Source: an uncultured bacterium (GTDB lineage Bacteria; Chloroflexota; UBA5177; JANWHV01). Taken from it: a DNA stretch of 64,000 nt. The DNA lies in assembly GCA_963729625.1 (NCBI GenBank), contig CAVSOU010000010.1, positions 1,328,719 to 1,392,718 of the forward strand. The letters are read 5' to 3'. The notes beneath the pieces were generated by a model, which saw only the letters and a list, made by a program, of their open reading frames with translations, did not search any database and was not told where the DNA came from. Position numbers and translations under genes: made by a program. This document shows, piece by piece, positions 62,515 to 64,000 of this stretch (within the stretch, counting starts at the first letter, position 1; every line of letters begins with the position of its first letter).

Positions 62515-63978
62515 ATGGTCGTCAAAGAACGTAGGGACTACAGTCTCACCGGAGCAGTGAACGGCCGCGTTCTGGCTCTGGATGACGACCACATTGAGGA
62601 TCAGGTAGAAGAAACTTGGTGGCATCCCGCGCTTGACCGCAATGAGCTCAAAGCCCTGATGCAGAGGAGCGATGGCCCTGCTATCCGGCATTTTGCTCTG
62701 TGGATTGTCTTGCTCGTCGCCAGCGGTTATGCGGCGATTCGCTCCTGGAAGACGCGCTGGGCCATCCCCGCGTTCCTCACCTTTGGCACGATCTTTTCCT
62801 CCTCCGATGCCAGCTGGCATGAATGCGGTCACGGCACACCCTTCAAAACCCGCTGGCTCAACGAGATCTTTTACCAGATCAGCTCGTTCATGACGCTCCG
62901 CGAAGCCGTCCTGTGGCGCTGGAGTCACGCCCGCCATCATACGCACACCTACGTCGTCGGTCTTGACCCCGAGATCCAGGTCATGCGGCCCGCCGATCTG
63001 GTCAAGGTTGCCATGGATTTCCTCTGGCTGCGCAGCGGGCCGCCGGAAGTCTGGCGTATCGTCCGCCATGCGTTCGGAAAGCCCACCGCCGATGTACGCA
63101 GCTTTGTGCCCGCATCCGAGCTGAAGAAGATGTACCGGTCAAGCCGCATCTACATGGCCATCGTCAGCTTCTTTGGTCTGTGGTCGCTGAAGAAACGCAG
63201 CTTCCTGCCGCTCATGTTCGTCGGTCTCCCCCGCTTCTACGGAGGTTGGCTGCATCAACTCCTGGGGTTGACCCAGCACGCCGGGCTCAAGGAAAACGTC
63301 TTCGATCACCGCCAGAATACGCGCACCGTCTACATCAATCCGGTGTTCCGATTTCTCTACATGAATATGAACTATCACATCGAGCATCATTCGACGCCCA
63401 TGGTGCCGTATCACGCGCTCCCTCGTCTGCATGACGCCATCAAAGCACAAACACCGCGCGCCTATCGCTCCTTGTGGGCGGTCTACAAAGAGATGATCCC
63501 GGCCTTGTATCGGCAGGCCACACAAGACCCTGACTATCACATCGTGCGCGAGCTTCCCACCACGCCGCAGACGCCGGCAGCGACGTCCAGCGGCGCGGCC
63601 AGTCATCTAGCATCGCTTGGGCCTGCTCCGGAGACGATCACCGGGTGCTGGGTGGACGCCTGCGCGGTCGACGATATTGCTGAGGACGATGTGATCGCCT
63701 TCAACCACAATTCCAAGGTCTATGCCATCTACCGCCTGCGCGGCAACAGGTTCTATGCCAGTGACGGGCTGTGCACCCATGGCCGAGCGGAACTCTCCGG
63801 CGGTCTGGTCATCAGCGGCTGCATCGAGTGCCCCAGGCACAATGGACGTTTTGATCTTGCCACGGGCAAAGCCGTCCGCGACCCCGCTAAGGTTGACCTG
63901 CACGTGTACCAGGCAGAACGGCGGCGTAACCGGGTGTTCATTCACATACCAGATGAGCAGCCAGAGCCGCTGGGTTGA
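62515..63978 (+). CDS. Fatty-acid-desaturase-family hydroxylase fused to a Rieske ferredoxin (MocD+MocE-like)
   Basis: His boxes HECGH, HARHH, HIEHH; Rieske CTH...CPRH. Confidence 0.9.
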   Translation: MVVKERRDYSLTGAVNGRVLALDDDHIEDQVEETWWHPALDRNELKALMQRSDGPAIRHFALWIVLLVASGYAAIRSWKTRWAIPAFLTFGTIFSSSDASWHECGHGTPFKTRWLNEIFYQISSFMTLREAVLWRWSHARHHTHTYVVGLDPEIQVMRPADLVKVAMDFLWLRSGPPEVWRIVRHAFGKPTADVRSFVPASELKKMYRSSRIYMAIVSFFGLWSLKKRSFLPLMFVGLPRFYGGWLHQLLGLTQHAGLKENVFDHRQNTRTVYINPVFRFLYMNMNYHIEHHSTPMVPYHALPRLHDAIKAQTPRAYRSLWAVYKEMIPALYRQATQDPDYHIVRELPTTPQTPAATSSGAASHLASLGPAPETITGCWVDACAVDDIAEDDVIAFNHNSKVYAIYRLRGNRFYASDGLCTHGRAELSGGLVISGCIECPRHNGRFDLATGKAVRDPAKVDLHVYQAERRRNRVFIHIPDEQPEPLG

Positions 63979-64000
63979 TCGATACAGCGGGCCGCCGCAC

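Overview
GC-rich, densely coding bacterial DNA; gene content suggests a monoderm soil bacterium, possibly Chloroflexota (inference only). No rRNA, tRNA or CRISPR array seen. About 0.8-38.3 kb is one apparent functional island. Its minus-strand core (AGE-family epimerase, STAS, glgX, STAS, PP2C, RsbW-like kinase, MinD/ParA-like ATPase) has the gene order I recall for the Synechocystis icfG (slr1855-slr1861) partner-switching cluster. Around the core are two sensor proteins with no catalytic output that end in the same ~45-aa motif, two large secreted FecR/beta-helix paralogs (one with 543-bp tandem repeats that read as identical), and a GH99-like protein lacking both catalytic Glu. A long enzyme block follows: 3 DJ-1/PfpI proteins, a ThDP enzyme, 7 NTF2/SnoaL genes, HpcH aldolase, GMC oxidoreductase, VOC protein, and a fused xanthine-dehydrogenase-family enzyme that has lost all four Cys of one [2Fe-2S] site. 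The right part (38-64 kb) is mixed accessory DNA: CHASE2 cyclase plus a third FecR paralog, PIN/RHH toxin-antitoxin pair, Tn3 remnant, MFS transporters, malQ, cyclase-STAND-TPR protein, TMEM175 channel, DSP phosphatase, GH133, a decayed rph relic, truncated dnaK before cbpA/cbpM-like genes, and a desaturase-Rieske fusion. A MITE-like element occurs at three gene ends. Several single-base frameshifts at 47-60 kb may be sequencing errors. All calls come from motif recognition by eye; no searches were run.
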